Positions 17,800 through 31,450 of a stretch of 64,000 nt of DNA are shown piece after piece. The notes beneath the pieces were generated by a model. That model saw nothing but the letters and a program-made list of their open reading frames with translations, had not been told where the DNA came from and made no database searches. This DNA is from the human T2T-CHM13v2.0 reference genome, Homo sapiens. The stretch lies in NCBI RefSeq assembly GCF_009914755.1, contig NC_060934.1. The stretch is one strand, 5' to 3'. A program made the position numbers and the translations under genes. Each line of letters opens with the position of its first letter. Position 1 is the stretch's first letter.

Positions 17800-18280
17800 T
17801 CCCATCAAACATTCTCCCTGCTCCAAAGCATCAGCCCTGTATATGTAGGGTCACCTCTCCCCAGTCTCGGAAGCTTTGGGTAGGGATGAAGCATGTGACC
17901 AGGCTTGAGACAATCAATTCATCATGGTTCCCTGACTGCAGTGATTGGTTCAGGGTTGGCAGCAACAATGACATTCTACGACACTTTTGCTGGGAGTGCT
18001 GGGACCTAGGCAGAGGTCTTTCTAGTCAGACTTGAACTTGAGAGGGTGTAAAGCTGGAATGCCTGCAGCCATCTTGAAACTACCAGGAGCCTGAGACTGA
18101 AGTCAATGCAGTGCAGACAGAGCAGAGAGTTGGAAAGAACCAGGTACTGATGACATTGCTTGCACTCAGAATTCAGTCATGTGTGAAGGCTGACCTTCCA
18201 TTGGACTTTTCAATTGTCTTTTCTTAAATAAGTTTAGGTTGAGCCATCTGTTGTTTGTCACCATAGAAGCGTTGACTGTG
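17800..18280 (+). mobile_element. Old MaLR LTR (MLT1K-like)
   Basis: gcatgtgaccagg...cagtgattggttcaggg...gcagccatcttg blocks. Boundaries approximate. Confidence 0.5.
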
Positions 18281-18849
18281 ATAGTTCCGAGTAGCTGGTG
18301 GGACAGGACTAATGCAATGATGTAAGTTGCAAGGTGGTGTGTAGCAATTCCCTGTAAGGAAATGCTTTTGAAAGAGCCATCTGAAGAGGGTACATGCTCC
18401 CTCAAGGGTGAATGCCTTTTCAGTGGCAGGATTTGCACCCTGCACTGGATGAGCACTTGGGGGAGATAATGGAGAATAAATTCCAGCAAAATGGGGGGTT
18501 TTATTGGGCACTTCTTTCGATCTATGTGTTTCAGAGTCTCTTAATGACCATGAAGTGAAGTTACATGCCCCTTCTGACTCCCTCTCTGGGTATCTCTATA
18601 CAAATACGAAGTGATAAACTGAATATTCTCTCCGTGACCCTGGTAACAGACCCTGGTGGGCAGGATTGTCACGACTAGGTCTCCTCCACCAACCTAACCT
18701 CGGGTGGTTTCTCTGCTCTGTCAGACAGGGTAACTCCTTTTGCCCTCCAAAACCACTTCCACCTTCTGCTCCTTGCACCTACTTTCTTGCCCCTACCAAG
18801 AATTTCTCCCCCTTATTTTTTTCTTTCTTTGCCTTACAAAAGCCAGCTC

Positions 18850-19165
18850 ATTTTTTTTTCCTTTTCTTTTTTTTCTTTTTTTTTCAGATGGAGTCTCACT
18901 TTGTCGCCCAGGCTGGAGTGCAGTGGCGTGATCTCGGGCTCACTGCAACCTCCACCTCCCGGGTTCAAGCGATTCTCCTGCCTCATCCTCCTGAGTAGCC
19001 AGGACTACAGGCATGCGCCACCATGCCCAGCTAATTTTTGTATCTTGAGTAGAGATGGGGTTTCACCCTGTTGGCCAGGATGGTGTCGATCTCTTGACCT
19101 CATGATCCTCCTGCCTCGGGCTCCCAAAGTGCTGGGATTACGGACATGAGCCATCGCGCCTGGTC
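18850..19165 (-). mobile_element. Alu (AluS)
   Basis: Reverse dimer. Perfect 13-bp TSD CAAAAGCCAGCTC at 18837-18849 and 19166-19178. Confidence 0.95.
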
Positions 19166-19677
19166 CAAAAGCCAGCTCCTTTCCGTGAGGCTGTGTCCTC
19201 AGGCTATCTCAGACTGATGATGTGGTTCCAACTTCTGACCTCTGAGCGATCCAGATTTCTGAAGCATGTGTTTGTGACTTATTAATACTGCTTTGCATAC
19301 TTCCCTGATGTCTCCTTGTGGTCTATCAGCTCCCCATCTTCTTGAAGGCAGAGACAGATTATGAATCGTCTCACCCAGCACACAACTTTGCACAGGCTGT
19401 ACTCAAACTCAGCAGATGCTTATAGGTAAGTGGTGCCCCAATGTCAGGGGCTATTGTCAGAATGCCCTGCTGGAATATGGCCACCTGACAATCTCAGACC
19501 GAGATCATCAGTGTTCACTAGGCTGCCTATGGGCTCTCCTACAGCACTTTGCCAATCCGTGGGAGTTGTTATGTCCAAGGTAGTTGCTGGGCCCAAGATA
19601 CAGAGGAGACAGAAGCATACCTCCTCCCTCCAAGACCTTCCTACCTTACCTGCACCTGACACCCCATGTGCCTGATG

Positions 19678-19772
19678 ATATATACGTGTATATATATATC
19701 ATATATATAGCCATATATAATATATATGAATGAATATATCATATATATAGCCATATATATATATATATGTAT
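19678..19772. repeat. (TA)n-rich repeat with a duplicated ATATATCATATATATAGCCATATATA block
   Basis: Direct reading. Confidence 0.85.
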
Positions 19773-20689
19773 GAATAAATATTTATTCATTTACTAAGTA
19801 CCAACCAGGTATCCACAGTGTGCCGGGCACTGGGCATAGAGTGATGAGGAATGCAGATACAGCTCCTGCCTGTGGTGCCTCAGGGCTGGAGTCCCTCCCA
19901 CACAGAGCCTGGGTTGTTCCTACTCCCTCTGCCTCTCTCTCCCTAGACCCTGAGATATCTGGGCTCAGGTATCTCTGATCTGCACGTGTTTCCTTTGGAG
20001 GTAGGGTCTGTTTGCCCTTTGCTGATGCCAAGGGCTTCCTCCTAAGTTCTTTCTACCTGCTCCCCCTTTTATCCAGGACTCAGCCATAGCTCCTTAGTCC
20101 CAGGAACCACCTTCTAATCCGTGTCCTCTGCTCACACAATTTTGGCTGGGTCTCTCCTAAAATCCAAGAGAGGCCTGGGCTCCCCAGGAACAACCTAATG
20201 GTTATAATCACTGTGTGTTTTGCATTTTAAATGTCTGCTTGGTTTAAATTAGTGAAGCCAAGAAGTCAAAATTCTAAGAAAAGTAAATAAAATTCTGACC
20301 GGTTTGGGAAAAGCAAATCCAAGCTCCTGCTGGGCTCCAGCTGGAGGTCGTGACCCCTAGGCTGCGAGGGTTGGGCTTTTGGCTCTTAACCTGAGGATGA
20401 GGCTCTGGGTTCTACCTGCTGCCTGGCTGACGGCTGGTTGAATGCTGTGTCAGCGACGAGCGACCCTGACTTCCCACACACCGGCCAGGCCAGGGACGGT
20501 GGCAGGAGCTTTTTCATATTCCACAGTTCAGCAGCCCCAAGCTGCTGGGGGCGGAGGACAGGTGGTGGGGGAGAGAGGATTCGGTCCCCAGGGGCCACCT
20601 GGCGCTGGTGGCATGGCGGGGAGCCAGGCTTGCCTTTGCCCTCTCTCTGTGCCGGAGCCCTGGACCCTGGCTGGCATCTCCTGAGAGCA

Positions 20690-22060
20690 AAGCGAAGCCC
20701 GCGAGTGATCTCTGGGGAACTTCCTAGAAAAAAGAAAGAATTTCAGGTTCGAACGGTGTAGGGAGGGCCGAACACGGGAGCAAGGTTGGCCAGGGCTGCC
20801 CTGAGCCCTGGAGAATCCCCAGAGCGATCGTCCACTACATGCCCACGTGCGTGCGTGTGCCAGGGAGCGAGAGCCCGGACAGCGGGAGTCGGAGGCAGGA
20901 CCAGGAGCTGCAGAGGGGCCGCGGGCAGAGCCCCAGCGAGCGCGCTGCCCTGGCGCGGAGCCCAGGGGCCGCCCACTGGCGGGGGAGGCGGGGAGCGCGC
21001 AGGGAGGCGGCGGCGGCGGTGGGGCTTCCCCGGGCTTCCCCTCCCCGGGCCGCGGGTGCCCGGCGCGGGCCCAGGAGGCGGAGGCGGCTCCTGGGGAGAG
21101 GGATCCGGGAGTCCCTGAGGCGGCCCCGGCTCCGCACTAGGAGGCGGGGTCCGCAGTATCGCCAGCGGCCGGCGCGGCTTCCCGGAGCCCCGGAGCCCGA
21201 GGCGCGAGGTTTAGGCTGAGCCCTCCCCGGCGCCTGCCCCCGCCCGGCGCCCGCCTCCGCCCCCGCCCGCGGCCTGGAGCGCGCCTCCCTCGCCTCCCAG
21301 GGTCTGGCGAGCCGGCGCCGGCCGAGCTGCGGGAGCCGCGGAGAGCACCAGCTGTCGCCGCGGGAGCTGCTCCGGCCGCACCATGCGGGAGCTGGCCATT
21401 GAGATCGGGGTGCGAGCCCTGCTCTTCGGAGTCTTCGTGTAAGTAGTGGCGCACCGCGGGCAGGGCGCACTGACGCGGGGGAACAACCGACCAAGCCTCT
21501 CTGTGCCCTAACTTAGTTTGCGCAGCCGCTTCCCACTGGGGCCTGGGTTCGAGGTCCCTTCCCCGCCAAGTGCCCGCAACGTGTCCTACGGGACCAAGAG
21601 AGACCCTTCCTCTCTCCTTCCTGGGACCCTAGGCGCGGAGCGACCACCGCGCGCCGAGGCTGGGACCTGCTCCCGGGTCTCACCGGGCCCGCGCCTGTCG
21701 CCAGCCCCGCACCACCTGCCCGGGGGATCCAGGGCTGCACCTCTAAACAGGGACGCGCACCCTGGCCCGTGCCCTCGGGAAGTTTCTCCTTCTGTGTGAT
21801 CTTTGAGGCCCACGTTGGAAGTCTTTACCCCTGGCCCCGTCTCCGATTCCTCCCCGCTGTGCCCAGGGCCAGACTCCTTCCGTGTCCCTGGCTTTAGCGC
21901 CCGCGGTCCTGGCGAGCGTTTTCCCAGCGGGCGTTTGCGGCGCTTCTCCTACTGAGAAACTGTTGCTGTGGAGGCTTGAGAAGTCAAGGGGCTGCAGGCC
22001 GGGGTGGGATACACACACCCTGGAGCTCTGTGCCCGGTCGATGTCCGCTTTGGGGGCGGA
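20690..22060. promoter_or_regulatory. PLPP4: CpG island / PLPP4 promoter and 5'UTR
   Basis: Very high GC and CpG density against CpG-depleted flanks. Multiple GC boxes (ccccgccc, gaggcgggg), no TATA. Encloses the start codon and first donor. The TSS cannot be placed from sequence alone. Confidence 0.92.
21383..21438 (+). CDS. PLPP4: Phospholipid phosphatase 4 (PPAPDC1A), first coding exon (56 nt, phase-2 intron follows)
   Basis: Kozak-like gcaccATG. Translates MRELAIEIGVRALLFGVF(V), which I recognise as the PLPP4 N-terminus (first transmembrane helix). Strong donor GTAAGT at 21439-21444. Too short for the supplied ORF track. Confidence 0.93.
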
Positions 22061-24574
22061 GGCCCTCCAGGGGTAGCCGTGAAATGCCCAGGGTGGCTTT
22101 GAGCGGCTGGCACTGAGAACAGCGATCCCGAAAAGAAGAAGGGGTGGTGGCGCAGGTTCTTTCAGAGATGCCTGAGCCTCCTCCGTGCGCCCAGGGACCC
22201 ACCGCTCATTGACTTCCAGGGCCCAAGCTGCAGGGAGCTGTCACATCTCTCTTTCAGACCTGAGCCCAGAACACCAGCTCAGAGCCACCCCGCAGCCTCC
22301 CGTGAGCTGCTGTCACCTAGGCACCCACACCTGCACTGGTCCCTCCATCAGTGAGCCAAATTCTCTCCCCCTCTCTGCCCATGGATGTTTTCTGCCACAT
22401 TCTAAGTATTAAAGTTACATGAACTTTTTGGATTTGCCATGCATTTATTTATTTGTTTGTTTTTGTTTTCGTTTCTGGAAAAGCCCTCCCGAGCCAAACA
22501 GGAGGCCCTCTTTGAATTTCTGCCTCAATCTGGAGTCATCCATGGCAGGTGTGCTGTGTCAAAGATGACTTCTGTTCTGGGCAGCCCAGGGGATACACAT
22601 GGAAAGAAATGCCCTTTCTTGCATGTTTTTCTTTAGCAGGGATTAAATTCATCCAGAGTATTTATTCACACCATCAGAAAAGGCCATGAGCTCCCCCAGA
22701 TGCAAGCAAGCCCCCCTCTCCCGCCTTCTGCCCGAACACTGGTGTTATTCACTGGGAAGAAGGAACGAGAACTTCAGTTGGATTTTGATGCATTTGGAAA
22801 AACAAAACACTCTTCCCTTCTCCTACTCTATTTTCTACCTTTGGAATGTACGTTAAAACTAATGATTGCTGTGTGATCAGATGGGGACAGTTTCTAATTG
22901 GCAGATGGGCTAAAACCTCATTAAATTATTATGTGATAGAAATGATAAACTAGTTTTCAGTGCACAGTAGAATTTAACATTTGTTGGGTGAATGTAGGAA
23001 GAATGCTGAGATAAAGTGAGATAGGCTCTTACACTATCTCACTATCTGGTTTGACTGCTGCTGGGGGTGCTCAGATAAAAAAGGGTCCAACAATATGTAA
23101 AAATATTTATAGTTTTCAGGTGTCCCTTCCAATATCCCCCCCAAATATTTATGAGATGTTTACAGATATACAATGGTCTATGCAGTAAATTTGAAAACTT
23201 GGTAATTATTGCTTATGCGCGTCTTGCTTTTTCTAAGGGTGTCATGTAAAAGCTGGACAGGCAGTTTATGTTCTGTTCTCTGAAGTTCCCTCTTGTGTTA
23301 CTTAATAGGGGATCTGTTGTCACACATGGACATTGATAGCATTTTTGGATGACTCCCAGGTTTCTTATCAAGTTGTTAACAGTGTGTCCAACTTGTGGCT
23401 CTTTTACCTGCAAAAACCAGCTTTGGTATTGATGCGAGCCTCCCTAGGGGGCAGATCTTGGATGTTCAGATGCTGTTAGTATCAGGCATGTACCGACTTC
23501 TGGGAGGACGGCTGGGAGCATGCAGAAACAGATGACCCTTTGTTTTCTCAGATAAGCGTCTGGCACCTTGACAGAGGCTGACTTTTGGGGGAAGTTTAAT
23601 TCTTCCTTTTGCCAGTACTGGAAATGATGGCAATATTGGGTTGTACCTACCTCTGCTCACGAAGATGGTGGTCTTAGCAGCACAGGGGTTTAGAAAGTGC
23701 CCCTGGGCAGGCTGAATCCGATTTCCCTGCTTCAGCCAGTGTAGCTCAGCAGCTAGTTTTGCTTGGTATTTCTACCCTATTGCTCAGGATGAAAGAATTA
23801 TCTGCGGGGAGAGGGGGTATCTTGCTTCTTTGCAAACTTATGCCCCCGGAGAAACATCACCTGTAGATGTGCCTGTTCTCTGACTACATTTGCTCTGCAT
23901 GAGAGCAGGGATCCTGTTACCCGTAGCCCATATGCTCCTCAAAGATTCCAAGTGAGAGCTAAGAAAATGCATTTTGGGCCCACGGGTAGTAGGGATGCAA
24001 GCTTTTCCTTACTGACTCTTAAAGATCCCTTTTTCTGTTTCTAGACTAGGCACAGTGCTGAGGTTTTGTGCATTCAGAATTCTGAGAGGTTGCTCTCCAG
24101 GCACCCCCGCTCCCGCAACCAACCCGTAGATGCTCAGTCCTGCCTAAGGACTTCAAATCGCTGGGAAGGAAATTAGTAGAGTAATGCAAATCAAGGCTGG
24201 CATATAAAGTTTAACATAACAGAAGATAAATTGGTTACAGGAACCCAGTGTTTAGGAAAAATAAAAGTAAAATGTGAAGCTTTGAGGCTGTGTTTAGTAC
24301 CATGAAGTGTGTAGGCCTTGAGGTCCTATTGCTCTTACTCATGGATTGTGGGCAGAGCAGGAAGGAGAAGCACTTTTGGGCTTCTTCTGTCCTGCTGCTA
24401 CCCAAGACTCCAGGAGAGATTCTTTTGAGTATTTCTGCAAATGCCAAGGCTAGCAACAGACCTTACTCAGCAAGCACATAGTGTAGAAATGAGATGGCTG
24501 GTTAACACCCAGCAGACCAATGGTGCACTACTAGAAGCATGCTACTCACTTTGACCACTATCACCAGTACAATA

Positions 24575-25010
24575 GCAATCATTTACTGAGATCTTACTGT
24601 GTGTCAGGCACCAATGAAGACTATCCCGTATGCCATTTAGCCTGATGAAGGGGGTATATTGATATTTCTTTGTCATAGATGAAGAAACTGAAGCACAGTA
24701 AAATTAAGGAACTTCCCAAGTAACAGGGCTAACAAGGGCAGCTCTGAGATCTAAATCTAGATGCTCCATCTGCAAGGTCTGGACTCTCAATCACTTTGCT
24801 TCATAAAAAATAGCAGCCAGTTTTGGTCAGTCCAGGGCTAACTTCATGCAAAAGGTATTCCATGTGATTTCTCTTTTAAGCCTCATCTCACTGGATTCTG
24901 TTCATTATTCCCACTTTACAAACAAAGAAACCAAGGTTTAGAAAGGTTGAGTAAGTTGCCTGAAGTCACTCAGCTAGCAGGAGGTATAACCCTGATTCAA
25001 ACAGGCAGCT
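24575..25010 (-). mobile_element. MIR fragments (two tandem copies)
   Basis: atagatgaagaaactgaagcacag...acttcccaag and ccactttacaaacaaagaaaccaagg...gttgagtaagttgcctgaagtcactcagct MIR cores. Confidence 0.7.
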
Positions 25011-27092
25011 GACCCCATGTCCCTGAGTGGTCAGCCTCTGAGACAGAAGACATCCAGCCCCAGGCTTCCAGACTGGTGCTAAACTGACCACATCCTGTGA
25101 GCAATTCCTTCCATGACTCCTTATCTCCAGAAGAGCAAGTACACATTGCCTGGAGTGATGTGTGGGAAGCTGTCACTGTAGCTCTAAAATCTCATGCTAG
25201 GATGACACCTCAAAGGTGGAGGGATGGCAGCAGTGGTTCACACTTCCTAAAAGATGGGATTTGATCATGGCATAGATTTTAAGAGTACGATGTGGTGAGT
25301 AAATTGCCGGTGAGAACATCAATTGTAGTAGTAAGAAACTAGGAATACACTGCTTTCTTCCACCGTTTTTGGCTGTCATCTCCCAGGACATCTGTTAGTT
25401 CAAGCACTCTGTATTTACAAGATTGCAGAAAGGACCCTAGAAAGATGATGACGATCTCATGTGCTGGACGGGGGGAAAGATGGTCTGTCTGTTTCACTTG
25501 TAGGCTTGAGTTCCTTGGCGTCTTATCTTCCTCTTTCCTTCCTTCCATCTGCCCTTCTCCCTATCCCTCCCTGTCATTTCTGGTGGCTCTCTGTCTGCAG
25601 GGTCCCCCTAGGAGCTGCTTAGGATGCCAGGGTGCACAGGTAATGGTGTTTACCTCCCCTTAGATAATCCAGCATCCTTCTTTGAGCTCTTAGGATGCAA
25701 GAGGCCTTTGCCAGGCACAGGGGATGAGAGGAGAGAAGGCCAGGTGGCCCCCAGTACCTTACAGTCCAGTAGGGAAAGTACACAGTGGGCCACCATTTGT
25801 TATTGTCTCCAATGCAATTACTGGCTTTGAAAATTTTGCCTCCAAACATTTCTCTTTCATTGTTCATCCACTTGATGGATATTTGGCACCTTCTAGGTGC
25901 AAGCATTTGTGATAGTCATTTCCTTTTCCCTTCATTGGTACGCTTTGATTGGTGTAATTCCAGCAAGACAGAGGGAAACTTGGTGCTTTACCTGGTCCAG
26001 GTGACTTGCTTGAGGGCACTGGATGTCAGGTAGATTTTTGAAATATCGACAAAAACAGACTCATCTTTACTACCTCTAAGAGCCCAGTGTAAGACTCCAT
26101 GCTGGGGACAGTTGGAGCAAGGTGCTAGGTTTCACTGAGAAGGAGGATGCATGTGCCAGGGAAGGCTGCCCAGGGCTGAGCACCGAATGCCAGGTGTACA
26201 GGTCCTAGGCCCAAGGACATTCCTGCAGGGCAAAGGCCTGGAGGTGTGGAGGCATATTTTGGGTGGAGATGAGGTCACCAAGTGTGGCCTCAGTGTGGGC
26301 TTTGGGGTGGGTGGGTGTGGGAGTGGCAGGAAGGGAGCCTGGAAGGAGAACGCAAGTGGCCTCAGGGCCCTGCAGGGCAGGGGTCATTCCCACAGAGGCA
26401 AAACTGGGGGGGCCTGGAGGTTTGAAACAAAACTGTACCATGCTCAGATGTTTGCCCAGGGGTGGAAAGGAACCATTTGGCCAGACACACAGGCCCTGCA
26501 GACTGTGATGTGTGACTGCACACTGCTTCGTGGCCGCAGCCCTGCTTCACAGCTCCCCAGGACAAGTACTGTCTGCACTGCGTTGTGGTCAGCCATCTGC
26601 ATCTTTAACTTCTTTGCTTTCCCCTGCTCCCAGCCTAGCCTTGGCACAAGCATGGTCGGTGCCTCCTGACTCAGTTTCCCAGGATCATTTTTACAGACCT
26701 AAGCATTCTGCATCAGTCCAAAGCAAAGCTACTGAAGGGGCGGACGGCCTGCTGAACACCTGCGTCAGGATTACACGGGGCCCAGGTCAGGCTAACTGAA
26801 TTAAAATAGAGATCGAGGCCCGCAGAATCTGCATTTTGAACAGGGGCTCCTTCCATCCGCTGCCTTTGGGAAATACTTAGGTGCAGTCTAGCGAATGGAT
26901 GGCAGCACCACAGGGTGGAGGCAGCAGGCGGTGGCCCTGTAGAACCCTGTCACTAGAGTGGCCTTTGTAAGAGGGAGGGGGACTTTTTGTGTTAAGTGAA
27001 GTTTTGGGGTTGATTGGCTACTCTACCATCAGTCCTTTCTATGTAATGAATACATTCAGAATCATTCTGCTTGCTCTCTAGAAACAAGTTTC

Positions 27093-27400
27093 TTTCTTTT
27101 TTTTTTTTTTTTTTTTGAGACGGAGTCTCACTCTGTCACCCAGCCTGGAATGAGTGCAATGGTGCGATCTCGGCTCACTGCAAGCTCCGCCTCCTGGGTT
27201 CACGCCATTCTCCTGCCTCAGCCTCCCAGTAGCTGGGACTACAGGTGCCCGCCACCACGCCTGGCTAATTTTTTGTATTTTTAGTAGAGACGTAGTTTCA
27301 CCATGTTAGCCAGGATGGTCTCGATCTCCTGACCTCGTGATCTGCCCACCTTGGCCTCCCAAAGTGCTGGGATTACAGGCGTGAGCCACCGTGCCCGGCC
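27093..27400 (-). mobile_element. AluY
   Basis: Reverse dimer with Y diagnostics (gcaagctccgcctcc, cacgccattc). 14-bp TSD TAGAAACAAGTTTC at 27079-27092 and 27401-27414. Confidence 0.95.
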
Positions 27401-27757
27401 TAGAAACAAGTTTCAAATGAGTTGTTTGAAGCAAAGAGCTATAACAAAAGACCTCGGGCTTTGGAGCCAGACAGGTCTGTGTTTGGGTTTCAGCTCTGCC
27501 ACTAACTAACAATTGCCTTCAATCTCTGAACCTCAGTTTCTTCATGTAGGAAATGGAGCTAATACTTACTTCACTGGATTTTATTAGATAAGATTAGATA
27601 AGGTACTTTAAGTGCCTGTGGTACATATAACAAAAATTGGTAACTTCTCGCCACCCTTGTTAATCCCTATTGCATACATGTAGTGTCTAAGAATGGCAGC
27701 ACAGCACAGTGGTTACAACTGTGGCCTTTGGCGTCAGGTTACCAGGGCTTAAATCCT

Positions 27758-28179
<422 letters not shown>

Positions 28180-29688
28180 AAATCCTGGTTTGCAACTTAC
28201 CTGCTGTGTGAGTTTTGGGAGAAAGTATTTATCCATCTTCAGTCATTGTTCCTCCTTCTGTTCAATGGGAATGTCCGTCATATTCATGAATGTAAGAATA
28301 TGTTAAAAACATATTGTATTGAAGTATAAGTTTGAACCATATTAAGCATATTTTGTTGAAGTATTGTGAGTATTAAATGGGACAGTATCCAGCTCATTGT
28401 AGGTGCTCAGCAAATGGTGATGTTATTATTATTATCCTTTTGTTGAAATGAATCCATAATATACACTAAAGAGAAACACCATAGGTGTCTAATGATGTTC
28501 TTATTACAAATGATTTACCACAGGATTTCTAGACAAGAATAAACTCCTGGAAGTGTATTTCTAATGATTCCTTTTAGGCCTCAAAAGTGAGGGATGTACC
28601 TTGCCATGAGTTTGTCCGATGAGTCGGAACCCCAGATCTTGCTGTCTGATGGGGTGGGCTGGTCTCAGCCTTGCAGTTTCTCAGCAGTGGCTTAAATTGC
28701 TGGCCCTTTGCAACAGTGGTTCCAGGACATCGAATTGAAGCGCTCTCAGCATAGCTGCATTAGATAACATACTAGAAAATGCTATGTTGTGTTCTTAGAT
28801 AACATAACATAAGGAAAATGCTATGTCCCCATTGTGAACTTTGCACACAGGGCTCAATTAGAAGCCACATCCAGGGAGTGCTTTTCATCAGGCACCCTCT
28901 CAGCCCATCTGTGCATGCTGTGCAATGGGGCCCGAGTGTTTCTTCTCCCCTCCCTGGGAAGGCGTCTGCCTTGTTTGATAAATGGGGCATCCTTCTGTTT
29001 GAAATACTACTTGCCACTGTAAAATGAGTTGGCTGTACCCAGAATTCTGAGAATGGATGTTTTCCCACAGGGAGATAAATGCTCCCGGCACTGCAAAAGA
29101 AGCATATGGTTTCATAACTTGTGGATAAAGGTATCTCAATTAGTTGTAAAGAATATGCCTTTTGTGACACATGCAAGGCTCATAAAAGCTCACTACCTCT
29201 ATTTTTCAATGATAGCATTTGTAAATAGAAACATTATCTTGGTAATAGTGCTTCTTTAAAAAATATTATCTTGCTGTTCTATGTGGATGAATTAGAAACA
29301 CTGTTTTTACAGTGAGGAAGCTCCTTCAGACAAGACTGCTGCCTGCCAGTGGGCCCTTGTCGTCATTCAACCAGAAGCTTCAGAGGTGTTAAGAGCAAGG
29401 TTTGGGATGCCTGGGGCGAGTGAGAGGAGGCTGAGAGGACCTGGGGCTGCAGAACCCAGGGGCAGCTTCATCACAGTCTCTCAATATGTGAATGTGAAAC
29501 ATTATCCCACAGAAAGGAGGAACTAGTTGTTATTCTATCTCCACTAAAGACAAAGCAGCAGAAAAACAGGGCCAGAGGAGGCAGGAGCATTTAGGTTGGT
29601 TTCTAGAAAGGTAGCAGTCTGCCAGTCAAAGCTAGATGTTTCTTTCTTCTTTACCAGAGGGTTTTTAAAAACATATTTTATTGAAGTA

Positions 29689-29767
29689 TTAGTTTGAACC
29701 ATATGAAATTGCTGATATTTGAGTGTTTTGACCTATAAAACTGGGAATTTCATTCAGTTCAACCTAA
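29689..29767. mobile_element. MADE2-like mariner MITE inserted in an old L1M 3' end
   Basis: Imperfect palindrome TTAGTTTGAACCATATGAAATTGC...GGAATTTCATTCAGTTCAACCTAA, about 80 bp. Confidence 0.75.
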
Positions 29768-30760
29768 AATAACATACACAAAGAAATGTGCACTATTCAT
29801 AATTGTACAGCTGTCCAGAAAACTACCCGATCTACCAAGCCCCCTTCCACCACCCTGACTTCTAACATCATTTGAATTCTATAGAAATGGAACCATAAAG
29901 TTTGTGTTCTTTTGTGTGACTTTTTTGTTGAATGTGTTTTTGAGATTTATCTCTTTTGTTGTGGGTAGCGGCAGTTTGTTCGTTCTCGTGTGCTCCAATT
30001 CATTTATTCATTTTACCCACGGATATATGGGATATTTATCATTTTTGGCTATTAAGTGCAATGCTGCTATTGGTTTTTGGTGAACATCTTATAATTTCTT
30101 GTAGGTATATACATACGGGTGGAACTGCTGGGTTCTTCATCAGAAGTTCTTAAGGAAGGATTTGGCCTCTCTGTCCAGCTATACCTCTAAAAGCAATATT
30201 TAGCCTGTATGATGCTGTAATCTCCATCTGCTGAGCAGCTACCTTGTAGAAAGCATGTAATGGGCCTGGCAAGTGACAGGGCCTGGCAAATGGGTCCCAT
30301 TCTGCAGGCAGATGGGCAGCATGGCCCACTTCTGATGAAAAACCCAGCAGTTGCACCCCTACGTATATATGTACAAGAAATTACAAATAGGTTCACCAAA
30401 AACCAATAGCAGCATTGCACTTAATAGCCAAAAGTGATAAATATCCCATATATCCATGGGTAAAATGAATAAATAAATTGGAGCACACGAGAATGAACCA
30501 ACTGCTGCTACCCACAACAACAGAGATAAATCTCAAAAACATATTCAACAAAAAAAGTCACATGAAAGAGCACACGCTTTACGGCTCCATTTCTCTAGAG
30601 TTCAGTGATGTTAGAAGTCAGGGTGGTGGAAGGGGGCTTGGCAGACTGGGGAGTTTTCTGGGCAGCTGTATAGTTATGAACAGTGCACATTTCTTTGTGT
30701 ATGCTATTTTTAGGTTGAACTGAATGACATTCCCAGTTTTATAGGTCAAAACACTCAAAT
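29717..30760. repeat. Long inverted repeat: arms 29717-30147 and 30328-30760, 180-bp spacer
   Basis: Manual alignment of arm 1 with the reverse complement of arm 2 gives about 41 differences in ~432 bp (~90%). Confidence 0.95.
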
Positions 30761-31086
30761 CATGCTGAAGAAGTGACACCCTGACTTTGCTGATTTTAGA
30801 GACGCACCTGAGCCTCCTCGTCTGTTAAACGGGTACAATCTCACCTCCTAGGGAGCTTGTAAAGATGAGGTGATGTAAGCTGTGCCAGGTACCTTGCACA
30901 AAGATGGCATGTGTTAGGTGCTAAAGCCAGTCTCTTTTCCTTCCTCCACCTCCCTCCTTCCTAGAACTGAGGTGGAGATACAGGTCAATGAAAAGATGCC
31001 TGACATCACAGTGTAATAATAATGACAATGAAATAGTGTAGTTCTCAAAAGTGCAGCAAAGAGCTGAGCCTTCAACTAGGATTTAG

Positions 31087-31450
<364 letters not shown>

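Noticed and set aside
20743-22202. Many overlapping 70-219 aa ORFs on both strands
   Set aside because: Low-complexity G/A/R/P translations expected from stop-poor CpG-island DNA. The real coding segment is the 56-nt exon.
26151-26669. 172-aa ORF (and similar ORFs at 37662-38198, 47823-48311, 52934-53356)
   Set aside because: No recognisable domain, no convincing splice context and no similarity to the expected PLPP4 continuation; lengths are compatible with chance.
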